This document shows positions 20,061 through 20,149 of a DNA stretch of 20,149 nucleotides, piece by piece. The translations under genes were made by a program, and so were the position numbers. Each line of letters starts with the position of its first letter. Positions within the stretch are counted from its first letter, which is position 1. Source of the DNA: Priapulus caudatus (Eukaryota); contig NW_014577073.1 in assembly GCF_000485595.1 (NCBI RefSeq), positions 744,666 to 764,814 of the forward strand. The letters are read 5' to 3'. The notes below the pieces were generated by a model that saw nothing but the letters and a program-made list of their open reading frames with translations, ran no database searches and was not told the DNA's origin.

Positions 20061-20149
20061 CGTCAAACACGCATACGCAAGCGACGTCAACAACACATGC
20101 ACAGGCACAACGCACACAAACAAACACAACGACACACTCTCTCTCTCTC

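Noticed and set aside
5626..20135. Numerous ORFs rich in HT/CV/LS/RE/RACV or poly-D/S
   Set aside because: They are translations of microsatellites and purine/pyrimidine tracts, with no codon bias or domain signal.

Overview
Repeat-rich genomic DNA from an animal, most likely an invertebrate. The supporting signs are abundant microsatellites, no obvious CpG depletion, spliceosomal splice signals and an invertebrate-type tRNA-His primer-binding site. Only one convincing host coding segment is present: a GC3-rich first coding exon on the minus strand (ATG 7431 to a GTAAGC donor at 6708). It encodes 241 aa of an unrecognised, mostly disordered protein with six tandem R-K-x-S-x-x-S-[LI] motifs. 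The rest is non-coding. It holds several nested foldback/MITE-type elements (1113-1563; 2571-3740 with a MITE inside its left TIR; 9687-10170), a decayed 5'-truncated CR1/L2-like LINE (minus strand, about 13183-14745), and an LTR followed by a triplicated tRNA-His PBS, a purine tract and a second short LTR-like segment (15156-15742). There are also 62-bp, ~47-bp and 21-bp minisatellites and many simple repeats. No CRISPR array, rRNA or tRNA gene was seen. Most ORFs in the supplied track are artefacts of simple repeats. Some repeats differ mainly by single-base indels, so sequencing or assembly error cannot be excluded.
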